Below the pieces are notes generated by a model. That model did not search any database. It had not been told where the DNA came from and saw only the letters and a program-made list of their open reading frames with translations. Below, piece after piece: positions 13,701 to 28,455 of a stretch of 64,000 nucleotides of DNA. The translations under genes and the position numbers were made by a program. The stretch covers positions 6,758,001 to 6,822,000 of the forward strand of contig CM022665.1 in the NCBI GenBank assembly GCA_012295275.1, in the 5' to 3' direction. Origin of the DNA: Chrysomallon squamiferum. Taxonomy: Eukaryota > Animalia > Mollusca. Position 1 is the first letter of the stretch. Each line of letters starts with the position of its first letter.

Positions 13701-16700
13701 TCCGAGTTGCATTGACTTGATCTAGGTACTGCTTTAAAGTTGCACGTAATGCTTTTCCTCTTTTTGCAAGCTACATTTTTTTTTCCAGTTTCAATTTTGA
13801 GAAGCTTTCAGACAATTATATAATATGTCAATGGTATTTATCAACTTCCAAAATAAATTCATTAGCACTGCTAATTGAGAGGAATTCATTTTTGTTGTAC
13901 ATGTACTTTGATAACGTGAAGAATAATGGCTTCAGTTTTGGGAGGTGGGCAGTAGTATGTAACCGACTTTCAATTTACAGATCACAAAGAACAAATTATG
14001 CAAGAAAATGAAGAATTCATGTAAGCAAATGTTTCCTTTTTCATCACCATCACTTGATTGTATGGTACAATTATTAATTTCTTTTTCCATCCTTTATTTT
14101 TCCAAATAATTTTCACTATATAGCATATTGTTTGTGTACTGATTCAGATTTTTGTTTGTTGCACAGTTGAAATTTTGTATTATTTTTTTAAAATATCGGT
14201 ATGTGTTGTGGGGTGGGTAATAAAATTTTATTCAGCAGGTTGAAAGAAATTTTGAAACGAGATCCCATTCCAGGTGGGCAGTTGGATGAGAGGAATTTTT
14301 CAATTAAGAGATGTCCCGAAGTGCATAGAATGCTTTCGGAAAGAGACAAAATTTCATTTGGATAGGGGGAAACTGAACGTGAAATAATTTACAAGTCAAG
14401 AGATGGAAGATAATCTAGTAAGCAAAAAGCTCATGAATTTCTTCAAGCTGTTGTCACTAATGAATTGTAAATTAAATTTAAATTGACCAGTAAGAATTCA
14501 GATAAACAGATTTCACTTTCTGTCGGAAATGCAAGATGCAAAGACCATCTCAGTTAGATGCATTAGTTAGGAGATTGTCGAGATAGATAACATGTTTTAT
14601 TAACAGAATACGAAAGAAATAACCCAATAGAGTAAAGATTCAGAGCGGCTCATGTGTGAAGATCGTTTCCTAAAAGTGAAGACGATGTGTTAGAATGTGT
14701 GCTGCCAGCAAGAAACAGAAGTTTTGTGAGAATTCGGTTATTTGAAGAAATGGCAAAAATGTGTGAGAGACTTATCAGCTTTGTGTTACTGTTGCTGTTG
14801 TTTTGTTTTGTTATTTTAAAAATGTTGTTATTACTTAGATTTTGTGCTTTTAATTGTGCGACCTTTTTTTTATTATTACAAAACTTTTGAGTGTTAAATG
14901 TGATCGATTTTTTAGTGAGTCATTTAGCTTTTGGTTAAGTGTGTAAGAGTTGAGCAACTTCTTTATTTAAATAAACTTTCATTTCGCTATATGTAACAAA
15001 TCCCAACATGTTTTTAATTAATTGCGGGTGGGTTGGGGGGAACACGTAATCCAAAATCTAATTTGCAGGAAAGGAAACGCTAACACGTCGCACTGGAATC
15101 ACTTCGGCATTCAGGTTCTGCGGAAACCTACGGTGAGGACTTCAAGAATTCATGTTCTCTGTAAGCACTGTTTACTTAAAGAAAAGTCTAAATCTTCCAT
15201 TTAGTTTTTAATTACATTATTTTTATAAAGGTAACTGATTAACTGTCACTAATTTTAGTGCATTCTAAGGTTAATGAGTAATGTTTGACAATGTAGTACT
15301 AAATGCTCTTAGAATATTTTCTTTGGGGGTGGGTAATCACCGTTTCGTTGACAGATTGCGTCGGTGTCATTTAGCTGCAGAGTTCCGAGAAAGAAAAGGG
15401 GGCACAAATTAAACCAGCCAAGAGAAGAATTGTTTTCATTAAAGGTTCTCCGAGTTGCATTGGCTTGATCTAGGTACTGCTTTAAAGTTGCACATAATGC
15501 TTTGGCTGTTTTTTCGAAGCTACATTTTTTTTCCAGTTTTAATATTGAGAAGCTTTTAGGTAATTATATAATACTTCAGTGGTATTTATCAACTTCCAAA
15601 ATAAATTCATTAGCATTGGTAATTGACAGGAATTTATTTTTGTTGTACATGTGTTTGTTGCATAAATTGAATTTTTTTTTTTTTTTTTATATAAATATCG
15701 GTATGTCTGGGTGGGGTGGGTAATGAACATTTTATTTAGCAGGTTGAAAGGAAGTTTGAAACGAAATCCCATTCCAGGTAGGCGATGGTTGACAGGAATT
15801 TTGCAATTCCAGTGCGGGAAGATTTCATTTTGCAATTCGAGATGTCGCGAAGTGCGTGGAATGCTTTCGGAAATCGAAATAATTTCATATGGAAAGGGGG
15901 AAACTCAACACAAATTATCTTACAAGTCAAGAGATGGAAGATAATTTAGTAAGCAAAAAGCTAACGAATTTCTTTAGGATATTTGTAAATTAAATGTAAA
16001 TGCATCAGTAAGAATTGAAGTCAATAGAGACCATCTAAGTTGGAGGCATTAGGAGATTGTCGAGATAGATAACATGTTTTATTAACAGATTTCTGAATAA
16101 GAAATAAATCACCCAATATACTAAAGATTCAGCATGGCTCGTATGTGTGAAGACGATGTGTTAGAATGTGTGCTGCCAGCAAGATATAGAAGTTTTGTGA
16201 GAATTCAATTAGAGACCATGTTCCTAGAAGAAACACAAGAATCGTGTGAGAGACTTATCAGTTTTGTGTTACTGTTGCTGTTGTTTTGTTTTGTTATTTT
16301 AAAAATGTTGTTATTGTTTAGATTTTGTGCTTTTAATTCTGAGACCTATTCTTTATTATTAAAAAAATTTTGAGTGTTAAATGTGATACATTTTTTAGTG
16401 AGTCATTTACCTTTTGGTTAAGTGTGTAAGAGTTGAGCAACTTCTTTATTTAAATAAACTTTCCTTTGACCATATGTAACAAATCCCAACATGTTTTTAA
16501 TTAATTGCGGGTGGGTTGGGGGAACACGTAATCCAAAATCTAATTTGCAGGAAAGGAAATGCTGACACGTCGCACTGGCATCACTTCGTCGTTCGGGTTC
16601 TGCGGAAACCTACGGTGAGGACTTCGAGAATTCATGTTCTCTGTAAGCACTATTTACTTAAAGAAAAGTCTATATCTTCCATTTAGTTTTTAATTACATT

Positions 16701-19700
16701 ATTTTTTATAAAGGTAACTGATTAACTGTCACTAATTTTAGTGCATTCTAAGATTAATGAGTAATGTTTGAAAATGTAGTACTAAATGCTCTTAGAAATA
16801 TCTTCTTTGGGGGGGTGGGTAATCACCGTTTCGTTGACAGATTGCGTCGGTGTCATTTAGCTGCACAGTTCCGAGAAAGAAAAGTGGGTCCAAATTAAGC
16901 CAGCCAAGAGAAGAATTATTTTCATTAAAGGTTCTCCGAGTTGCATTGACTTGATCTAGGTACTGCTTTAAAGTTGCACGTAATGCTTTTCCTCTTTTTG
17001 CAAGCTACATTTTTTTTTCCAGTTTCAATTTTGAGAAGCTTTCAGACAATTATATAATATGTCAATGGTATTTATCAACTTCCAAAATAAATTCATTAGC
17101 ACTGCTAATTGAGAGGAATTCATTTTTGTTGTACATGTACTTTGATAACGTGAAGAATAGTGGCTTCGGTTTTGGGAGGTGGGCAGTAGTATGTAACCGA
17201 CTTTCAATTTACAGATCACAAAGAACAAATTATGCAAGAAAATGAAGAATTCATGTAAGCAAATGTTACCTTTTTCATCACCATCACTTAATTGTATGGT
17301 AGAATTATTAATTTCTTTTTCCTTCCTTTATTTTTCCAAATAATTTTCACTATGTAGCATATTGTTTGTGTACTGATTCAGATTTTTGTTTTTTGCATAA
17401 ATTTAATTTAATTTTTTTTTTTTAAATATCGGTATGTCTGGGAGGGGTGGGTAATGAACATTTTATTTAGCAGGTCGAAAGAAAGTTTGAAACGAAATCC
17501 CATTCCAGGTGGGCGATGGATGACAGGAATTTTGCAATTCCAGAGCGGGAAGATTTCATTTTGCAATTCAAGATGTCGCGAAGTGCGTGGAATGCTTTCG
17601 GAATACAAAATAATTTCATTTGGAAAGGGGGAAACAACACAAATCATTTTACAAGTCAAGAGATGGAAGATAATCTAGTAAGCAAAAAGCTAACGAATTT
17701 CTTGAGGCTATTATAAATTAAATGTAAATGCACATGAATAAGAATTGAAGTAAATAGATACCATCTCAGTTGGAGGCATTAGTTAGGAGATTGTCCAGAT
17801 AGATAACATGTTTTATTAACAGATTTCTGAATACGAAAGAAATAATGCAATAGAGTAAAGATTCACAGCTCGTATGTGTCAAGATTGTTTCCTAAAAGTT
17901 TAAGACGATATGTTAGAATGTGTGCTGCCAGCAAGATATAGAAGTTTTGTGAGAATTCGGTTAGAGACCATGTTACTTGAAGAAACACAAGAAATGTGTG
18001 AGAGACTATCAGTTTTGTGTTACTGTTGCTGTCGTTTTGTTTTGTTATTTTAAAAATTTTGTTATTGTTTAGATTTTGTGCTTTTAATTGTGATACATTT
18101 TTTTGTTATTGTTATTTAAATTATTGAGTGTTAAATGTGATACATTTTTTAGTGAGTCAATTACCTTTTGGTTAAGTGTGTAAAAGTTGAGCAACTTCTT
18201 TATTTAAATAAACTTTCATTTCACTATATGTAACAAATCCCATCTTGTTTTTGTTTGAATTGCGGGTGGGTTGGGGGAACACGTAATCCAAAATCTAATT
18301 TGCAGGAAAGGAAATGCTGACACGTCGCACTGGCGTCACTTCGTCGTTCGGGTTCTGCGGAAGTGTACGGTGAGGACTTATAGAATTCAGGTTCTGTGTT
18401 AGCACTATTTACCTAAAAGAAAAGTCTAAATCTTCCATTTGGTTTTTAATTACATTATTTTTATAAAGGTAACTGATTAACTGTCACTAATTTTAGTGCA
18501 TTTTAAGATTAATGAGTAATGTTTGAAAATGTAATACTTAAATGCGTTTAGAAATATCTTCTTTGGGGGGGTGGGTAATCACCGTTTCGTTGACAGATTG
18601 CGTCGGTGTCATTTAGCTGCAGAAAGAAAAGTGGTCCAAATTAAGCCAGCCAAGAGAAGAATTATTTTCATTAAAGGTTCTCCGAGTTGCATTGACTTGA
18701 TCTAGGTACTGCTTTAAAGTTGCACGTAATGCTTTTCCTCTTTTGCAAGCTACATTTTTTTTTTCCAGTTTCAATTTTGAGAAGCTTTCAGACAATTATA
18801 TAATATGTCAATGGTATTTATCAACTTCCAAAATAAATTCATTAGCACTGCTAATTGAGAGGAATTCATTTTTGTTGTACATGTACTTTGATAACGTGAA
18901 GAATAATGGCTTCAGTTTTGGGAGGTGGGCAGTAGTATGTAACCGACTTTCAATTTACAGATCACAAAGAACAAATTATGCAAGAAAATGAAGAATTCAT
19001 GTAAGCAAATGTTTCCTTTTTCATCACCATCACTTGATTGTATGGTACAATTATTAATTTCTTTTTCCATCCTTTATTTTTCCAAATAATTTTCACTATA
19101 TAGCATATTGTTTGTGTACTGATTCAGATTTTTGTTTGTTGCACAGTTGAAATTTTGTATTATTTTTTTTAAAATATCGGTATGTGTTGTGGGGTGGGTA
19201 ATAAAATTTTATTCAGCAGGTTGAAAGAAATTTTGAAACGAGATCCCATTCCAGGTGGGCAGTTGGATGAGAGGAATTTTTCAATTAAGAGATGTCCCGA
19301 AGTGCATAGAATGCTTTCGGAAAGAGACAAAATTTCATTTGGATAGGGGGAAACTGAACGTGAAATAATTTACAAGTCAAGAGATGGAAGATAATCTAGT
19401 AAGCAAAAAGCTCATGAATTTCTTCAAGCTGTTGTCACTAATGAATTGTAAATTAAATTTAAATTGACCAGTAAGAATTCAGATAAACAGATTTCACTTT
19501 CTGTCGGAAATGCAAGATGCAAAGACCATCTCAGTTAGATGCATCAGTTAGGAGATTGTCGAGATAGATAACATGTTTTATTAACAGAATACGAAAGAAA
19601 TAACCCAATAGAGTAAAGATTCAGAGCGGCTCATGTGTGAAGATCGTTTCCTAAAAGTGAAGACGATGTGTTAGAATGTGTGCTGCCAGCAAGAAACAGA

Positions 19701-22700
19701 AGTTTTGTGAGAATTCGGTTATTTGAAGAAATGGCAAAAATGTGTGAGAGACTTATCAGCTTTGTGTTACTGTTGCTGTTGTTTTGTTTTGTTATTTTAA
19801 AAATGTTGTTATTACTTAGATTTTGTGCTTTTAATTGTGCGACCTTTTTTTTATTATTACAAAACTTTTGAGTGTTAAATGTGATCGATTTTTTAGTGAG
19901 TCATTTAGCTTTTGGTTAAGTGTGTAAGAGTTGAGCAACTTCTTTATTTAAATAAACTTTCATTTCGCTATATGTAACAAATCCCAACATGTTTTTAATT
20001 AATTGCGGGTGGGTTGGGGGGAACACGTAATCCAAAATCTAATTTGCAGGAAAGGAAACGCTAACACGTCGCACTGGAATCACTTCGGCATTCAGGTTCT
20101 GCGGAAACCTACGGTGAGGACTTCAAGAATTCATGTTCTCTGTAAGCACTGTTTACTTAAAGAAAAGTCTAAATCTTCCATTTAGTTTTTAATTACATTA
20201 TTTTTATAAAGGTAACTGATTAACTGTCACTAATTTTAGTGCATTCTAAGGTTAATGAGTAATGTTTGACAATGTAGTACTAAATGCTCTTAGAATATTT
20301 TCTTTGGGGGTGGGTAATCACCGTTTCGTTGACAGATTGCGTCGGTGTCATTTAGCTGCAGAGTTCCGAGAAAGAAAAGGGGGCACAAATTAAACCAGCC
20401 AAGAGAAGAATTGTTTTCATTAAAGGTTCTCCGAGTTGCATTGGCTTGATCTAGGTACTGCTTTAAAGTTGCACATAATGCTTTGGCTGTTTTTTCGAAG
20501 CTACATTTTTTTTCCAGTTTTAATATTGAGAAGCTTTTAGGTAATTATATAATACTTCAGTGGTATTTATCAACTTCCAAAATAAATTCATTAGCATTGG
20601 TAATTGACAGGAATTTATTTTTGTTGTACATGTGTTTGTTGCATAAATTGAATTTTTTTTTTTTTTTTTATATAAATATCGGTATGTCTGGGTGGGGTGG
20701 GTAATGAACATTTTATTTAGCAGGTTGAAAGGAAGTTTGAAACGAAATCCCATTCCAGGTAGGCGATGGTTGACAGGAATTTTGCAATTCCAGTGCGGGA
20801 AGATTTCATTTTGCAATTCGAGATGTCGCGGGTGCGTGGAATGCTTTCGGAAATCGAAATAATTTCATATGGAAAGGGGGAAACTCAACACAAATTATCT
20901 TACAAGTCAAGAGATGGAAGATAATTTAGTAAGCAAAAAGCTAACGAATTTCTTTAGGATATTTGTAAATTAAATGTAAATGCATCAGTAAGAATTGAAG
21001 TCAATAGAGACCATCTAAGTTGGAGGCATTAGGAGATTGTCGAGATAGATAACATGTTTTATTAACAGATTTCTGAATAAGAAATAAATCACCCAATATA
21101 CTAAAGATTCAGCATGGCTCAGTATGTGTGAAGACGATGTGTTAGAATGTGTGCTGCCAGCAAGATATAGAAGTTTTGTGAGAATTCAATTAGAGACCAT
21201 GTTCCTAGAAGAAACACAAGAATCGTGTGAGAGACTTATCAGTTTTGTGTTACTGTTACTGTTGTTTTGTTTTGTTATTTTAAAAATGTTGTTATTGTTT
21301 AGATTTTGTGCTTTTAATTCTGAGACCTATTCTTTATTATTAAAAAAATTTTGAGTGTTAAATGTGATACATTTTTTAGTGAGTCATTTACCTTTTGGTT
21401 AAGTGTGTAAGAGTTGAGCAACTTCTTTATTTAAATAAACTTTCCTTTGACCATATGTAACAAATCCCAACATGTTTTTAATTAATTGCGGGTGGGTTGG
21501 GGGAACACGTAATCCAAAATCTAATTTGCAGGAAAGGAAATGCTGACACGTCGCACTGGCATCACTTCGTCGTTCGGGTTCTGCGGAAACCTACGGTGAG
21601 GACTTCGAGAATTCATGTTCTCTGTAAGCACTATTTACTTAAAGAAAAGTCTATATCTTCCATTTAGTTTTTAATTACATTATTTTTTATAAAGGTAACT
21701 GATTAACTGTCACTAATTTTAGTGCATTCTAAGATTAATGAGTAATGTTTGAAAATGTAGTACTAAATGCTCTTAGAAATATCTTCTTTGGGGGGGTGGG
21801 TAATCACCGTTTCGTTGACAGATTGCGTCGGTGTCATTTAGCTGCACAGTTCCGAGAAAGAAAAGTGGGTCCAAATTAAGCCAGCCAAGAGAAGAATTAT
21901 TTTCATTAAAGGTTCTCCGAGTTGCATTGACTTGATCTAGGTACTGCTTTAAAGTTGCACGTAATGCTTTTCCTCTTTTTGCAAGCTACATTTTTTTTTC
22001 CAGTTTCAATTTTGAGAAGCTTTCAGACAATTATATAATATGTCAATGGTATTTATCAACTTCCAAAATAAATTCATTAGCACTGCTAATTGAGAGGAAT
22101 TCATTTTTGTTGTACATGTACTTTGATAACGTGAAGAATAGTGGCTTCGGTTTTGGGAGGTGGGCAGTAGTATGTAACCGACTTTCAATTTACAGATCAC
22201 AAAGAACAAATTATGCAAGAAAATGAAGAATTCATGTAAGCAAATGTTACCTTTTTCATCACCATCACTTAATTGTATGGTAGAATTATTAATTTCTTTT
22301 TCCTTCCTTTATTTTTCCAAATAATTTTCACTATGTAGCATATTGTTTGTGTACTGATTCAGATTTTTGTTTTTTGCATAAATTTAATTTAATTTTTTTT
22401 TTTTAAATATCGGTATGTCTGGGAGGGGTGGGTAATGAACATTTTATTTAGCAGGTCGAAAGAAAGTTTGAAACGAAATCCCATTCCAGGTGGGCGATGG
22501 ATGACAGGAATTTTGCAATTCCAGAGCGGGAAGATTTCATTTTGCAATTCAAGATGTCGCGAAGTGCGTGGAATGCTTTCGGAATACAAAATAATTTCAT
22601 TTGGAAAGGGGGAAACAACACAAATCATTTTACAAGTCAAGAGATGGAAGATAATCTAGTAAGCAAAAAGCTAACGAATTTCTTGAGGCTATTATAAATT

Positions 22701-25700
22701 AAATGTAAATGCACATGAATAAGAATTGAAGTAAATAGATACCATCTCAGTTGGAGGCATTAGTTAGGAGATTGTCCAGATAGATAACATGTTTTATTAA
22801 CAGATTTCTGAATACGAAAGAAATAATGCAATAGAGTAAAGATTCACAGCGGCTCGTATGTGTCAAGATTGTTTCCTAAAAGCGAAGACGATATGTTAGA
22901 ATGTGTGCTGCCAGCAAGATATAGAAGTTTTGTGAGAATTCGGTTAGAGACCATGTTACTTGAAGAAACACAAGAAATGTGTGAGAGACTATCAGTTTTG
23001 TGTTACTGTTGCTGTCGTTTTGTTTTGTTATTTTAAAAATTTTGTTATTGTTTAGATTTTGTGCTTTTAATTGTGATACATTTTTTGTTATTGTTATTTA
23101 AATTATTGAGTGTTAAATGTGATACATTTTTTAGTGAGTCAATTACCTTTTGGTTAAGTGTGTAAAAGTTGAGCAACTTCTTTATTTAAATAAACTTTCA
23201 TTTCACTATATGTAACAAATCCCATCTTGTTTTTGTTTGAATTGCGGGTGGGTTGGGGGAACACGTAATCCAAAATCTAATTTGCAGGAAAGGAAATGCT
23301 GACACGTCGCACTGGCGTCACTTCGTCGTTCGGGTTCTGCGGAAGTGTACGGTGAGGACTTATAGAATTCAGGTTCTGTGTTAGCACTATTTACCTAAAA
23401 GAAAAGTCTAAATCTTCCATTTGGTTTTTAATTACATTATTTTTATAAAGGTAACTGATTAACTGTCACTAATTTTAGTGCATTTTAAGATTAATGAGTA
23501 ATGTTTGAAAATGTAATACTTAAATGCGTTTAGAAATATCTTCTTTGGGGGGGTGGGTAATCACCGTTTCGTTGACAGATTGCGTCGGTGTCATTTAGCT
23601 GCAGAAAGAAAAGTGGTCCAAATTAAGCCAGCCAAGAGAAGAATTATTTTCATTAAAGGTTCTCCGAGTTGCATTGACTTGATCTAGGTACTGCTTTAAA
23701 GTTGCACGTAATGCTTTTCCTCTTTTTGCAAGCTACATTTTTTTTTCCAGTTTCAATTTTGAGAAGCTTTCAGACAATTATATAATATGTCAATGGTATT
23801 TATCAACTTCCAAAATAAATTCATTAGCACTGCTAATTGAGAGGAATTCATTTTTGTTGTACATGTACTTTGATAACGTGAAGAATAATGGCTTCAGTTT
23901 TGGGAGGTGGGCAGTAGTATGTAACCGACTTTCAATTTACAGATCACAAAGAACAAATTATGCAAGAAAATGAAGAATTCATGTAAGCAAATGTTTCCTT
24001 TTTCATCACCATCACTTGATTGTATGGTACAATTATTAATTTCTTTTTCCATCCTTTATTTTTCCAAATAATTTTCACTATATAGCATATTGTTTGTGTA
24101 CTGATTCAGATTTTTGTTTGTTGCACAGTTGAAATTTTGTATTATTTTTTAAAATATCGGTATGTGTTGTGGGGTGGGTAATAAAATTTTATTCAGCAGG
24201 TTGAAAGAAATTTTGAAACGAGATCCCATTCCAGGTGGGCAGTTGGATGAGAGGAATTTTTCAATTAAGAGATGTCCCGAAGTGCATAGAATGCTTTCGG
24301 AAAGAGACAAAATTTCATTTGGATAGGGGGAAACTGAACGTGAAATAATTTACAAGTCAAGAGATGGAAGATAATCTAGTAAGCAAAAAGCTCATGAATT
24401 TCTTCAAGCTGTTGTCACTAATGAATTGTAAATTAAATTTAAATTGACCAGTAAGAATTCAGATAAACAGATTTCACTTTCTGTCGAAATGCAAGATGCA
24501 AAGACCATCTCAGTTAGATGCATTAGTTAGGAGATTGTGAGATAGATAACATGTTTTATTAACAGAATACGAAAGAAATAACCCAATAGAGTAAAGATTC
24601 AGAGCTGCTCATGTGTGAAGATCGTTTCCTAAAAGTGAAGACGATGTGTTAGAATGTGTGCTGCCAGCAAGAAACAGAAGTTTTGTGAGAATTAGAGTTA
24701 TTTGAAGAAATGGCAAAAATGTGTGAGAGACTTATCAGCTTTGTGTTACTGTTGCTGTTGTTTTGTTTTGTTATTTTAAAATGTTGTTATTATTACTTAG
24801 ATTTTTGTGCTTTTAATTGATGCGACCTTTTTTTTATTATTACAAAACTTTTGAGTGTTAAATGTGATCGATTTTTTAGTGAGTCATTTAGCTTTTGGTT
24901 AAGTGTGTAAGAGTTGAGCAACTTCTTTATTTAAATAAACTTTCATTTCGCTATATGTAACAAATCCCAACATGTTTTTAATTAATTGCGGGTGGGTTGG
25001 GGGGAACACGTAATCCAAAATCTAATTTGCAGGAAAGGAAACGCTAACACGTCGCACTGGAATCACTTCGGCATTCAGGTTCTGCGGAAACCTACGGTGA
25101 GGACTTCAAGAATTCATGTTCTCTGTAAGCACTGTTTACTTAAAGAAAAGTCTAAATCTTCCATTTAGTTTTTAATTACATTATTTTTATAAAGGTAACT
25201 GATTAACTGTCACTAATTTTAGTGCATTCTAAGGTTAATGAGTAATGTTTGACAATGTAGTACTAAATGCTCTTAGAATATTTTCTTTGGGGGTGGGTAA
25301 TCACCGTTTTAGTTGACAGATTGCGTCGGTGTCATTTAGCTGCAGAAAGAGAAAAAAGGGGTCCAAATTAAACCAGCCAAGAGAAGAATTATTTTCATTA
25401 AAGGTTCTCCGAGTTGCATTGACTTGATCTAGGTACTGCTTTAAAGTTGCACATAATGCTTTGGCTGTTTTTTCGAAGCTACATTTTTTTTCCAGTTTTA
25501 ATATTGAGAAGCTTTTAGGTAATTATATAATACTTCAGTGGTATTTATCAACTTCCAAAATAAATTCATTAGCATTGGTAATTGACAGGAATTTATTTTT
25601 GTTGTACTTTGATAACGTGAAGAATAATGGTGTTTGTTTTTGCATAAATTGAATTTTTTTTTTTTTTTATAAATATGATTGTATGGTACAATTATTAATT

Positions 25701-28455
25701 TCTTTTTGTCTTTATTTTTCCAAATAATTTTAATGAACATTTTATTGATTCAGGTTTTGTTTGTTGAAGTTTGAAATTTAAATCCCATTCCATAAAATTT
25801 TATTCAGCAGGTTGAAAGAAATTTTGAGATCCAATTCCAGGTGGGCAGTTGGATGAGAGGAATTTTGCAATTCGAGAGATGTCCCGAAGTGCATGGAATG
25901 CTTTCGAAAGAGAAAAATTTCATATGGAAAGGGGGGAAACTCAACACAAATTATCTTACAAGTCAAGAGATGGAAGATAATTTAGTAAGCAAAAAGCTAA
26001 TGAATTTCTTTAGGATATTTGTAAATTAAATGTAAATGCATCAGTAAGAATTGAAGTCAATAGAGACCATCTCGGAAAGTTGGAGGCATTAGGAGAGAGA
26101 GATTGTCGAGATAGATAACATGTTTTATTAACAGATTTTCTGAATAAGAAATAAACCCAATAGAGTAATATACTAAAGATTCAGCATGAAGGCTTCCTAA
26201 AAGTGAAGACGATGTGTTAGAATGTGTGCTGCCAGCAAGATATAGAAGTTTTGTGAGAATTCAATTAGAGACCATTTGAAGAAACACAAAATGTGTGAGA
26301 GACTTATCAGTTTTGTGTTACTGTTGCTGTTGTTTTGTTTTGTTATTTTAAAAATGTTGTTATTGTTTAGATTTTGTGCTTTTAATTCTGAGACCTATTT
26401 TTTATTATTAAAAAATTTTGAGTGTTAAATGTGATACATTTTTTAGTGAGTCATTTACCTTTTGGTTAAGTGTGTAAGAGTTGAGCAACTTCTTTATTTA
26501 AATAAACTTTCCTTTGACCATATGTAACAAATCCCAACATGTTTTTAATTAATTATGGGTGGGTTGGGGAACACGTAATCCAAAATCTAATTTGCAGGAA
26601 AGGAAATGCTGACACGTCGACTGGCATCACTTCGTCGTTCGGGTTCTCATGGAAACCCACGGTGAGGACTTCGAGAATTCATGTTCTCTGTAAGCACTAT
26701 TTACTTAAAGAAAAGTCTATATCTTCCATTTAGTTTTTAATTACATTATTTTTTATAAAGGTAACTGATTAACTGTCACTAATTTTAGTGCATTCTAAGA
26801 TTAATGAGTAATGTTTGAAAATGTAGTACTAAATGCTCTTAGAAATATCTTCTTTGGGGGGGTGGGTAATCACCGTTTCGTTGACAGATTGCGTCGGTGT
26901 CATTTAGCTGCACAGTTCCGAGAAAGAAAAGTGGGTCCAAATTAAGCCAGCCAAGAGAAGAATTATTTTCATTAAAGGTTCTCCGAGTTGCATTGACTTG
27001 ATCTAGGTACTGCTTTAAAGTTGCACGTAATGCTTTTCCTCTTTTTGCAAGCTACATTTTTTTTTCCAGTTTCAATTTTGAGAAGCTTTCAGACAATTAT
27101 ATAATATGTCAATGGTATTTATCAACTTCCAAAATAAATTCATTAGCACTGCTAATTGAGAGGAATTCATTTTTGTTGTACATGTACTTTGATAACGTGA
27201 AGAATAGTGGCTTCGGTTTTGGGAGGTGGGCAGTAGTATGTAACCGACTTTCAATTTACAGATCACAAAGAACAAATTATGCAAGAAAATGAAGAATTCA
27301 TGTAAGCAAATGTTACCTTTTTCATCACCATCACTTAATTGTATGGTAGAATTATTGATTTCTTTTTCCTTCCTTTATTTTTCCAAATAATTTTCACTAT
27401 GTAGCATATTGTTTGTGTATTGATTAAGATTTTAATTTGTTGCATTATATTTATTTTTACTATTTTTTAAGTAGCAGTATGTGTGGGTAGGGTGGGTAAT
27501 AAAATTTTATTTAGCAGGTTGAAAGAAAGTTTGAAACGATATCCCATTCGATGGGGGCGATGGATGACAGGAATTTTGCAGTTTGGAGATGTTGGGAAGT
27601 GTGTGGAATGCTTTCAGAAATAGAAAAAATTTCATTTGGATAGAGGGAAGCTGAACAAGAAATATTTTACAAGTGAAGAGATGGAAAATAATCCAGAAAG
27701 TAAAAAGGTCATGAATTTGTTCAATCTGTTGTCACTAATGTAAATAGATTTCAGTTTGTCAGAAATGCAAGATGCAAAGATCATCTCAGTTAGATGCATT
27801 AGTTAGGAGATTGACGAGATAGATAAGATGTTTTATTAACAGAATACGAAAGAAATAACCCAATAGAGTAAAGATTCAGAGCGGCTCATGTGTGAAGATT
27901 GGTTCCTAAAAGTGAAGACGATGTGTTAGAATGTGTGCTGCCAGCAAGATATAGAAGTTTTGTGAGAATTCGGTTAGAGACCATGTTAATTGAAGAAATG
28001 CAAGAAATGTGTGAGAGACTATCAGTTTTCTGGTACTGTTGCTGTTGTTTTGTTTTATTTTAAAAATATTGTTATTGTTCAGATTTTGTGCTTTTAATTG
28101 TGATACATTTTTTTTTGAGTGTTAAATGTGATAAAATTTTTAGTGAGTCATTTATCTTTTGGTTAAGTGTAAAAGTTGAGCAACTTCTTTATTTACATAA
28201 ACTTTCATTTCACTAAATGTAACAAATCCCATCTTGTTTTTTCGAATTGTGGGTGGGTTGGGGGAACACATAACCCAAAATCTAATTTGCAGGAAAAGAA
28301 ATGCTGACACGTCAAACTGGAATCACTTCGTCATTCGGGTTCTGCAGAAACCTACGGTGAGGACTTCAAGAATTCATATTGTCTGTAAGCACTCTTTACT
28401 TAAAGAAAAGTCTAAATCTTCCATTTAGTTTTTAATTACAATATTTTTATAAAGG
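4790..28455 (+). repeat. Tandem array of 14 complete 1.5-1.75 kb units plus a partial unit, with a ~4.98-kb three-unit higher-order repeat
   Basis: Spacings between successive 92-nt exons: 1706, 1754, 1745, 1486, 1753, 1741, 1482, 1755, 1744, 1482, 1756, 1745, 1565, 1695. Same-type units recur at 4985, 4976, 4981 and 5066 bp. Confidence 0.97.

Noticed and set aside
4542-28428. Recurrent 60-150 aa ORFs in the array (MNILFSRSKE..., MDDRNFAIPE..., MLECVLPAR..., MHNLFFVICK...)
   Set aside because: They overlap on both strands and in several frames, frames differ between unit subtypes, and I recognise no domain. They recur only because the DNA is repeated.
4790-28455. Array as CRISPR, rDNA/5S, histone or snRNA cluster
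   Set aside because: Eukaryotic context; no short repeats with unique spacers; no recognisable rRNA, histone, U snRNA or tRNA sequence.
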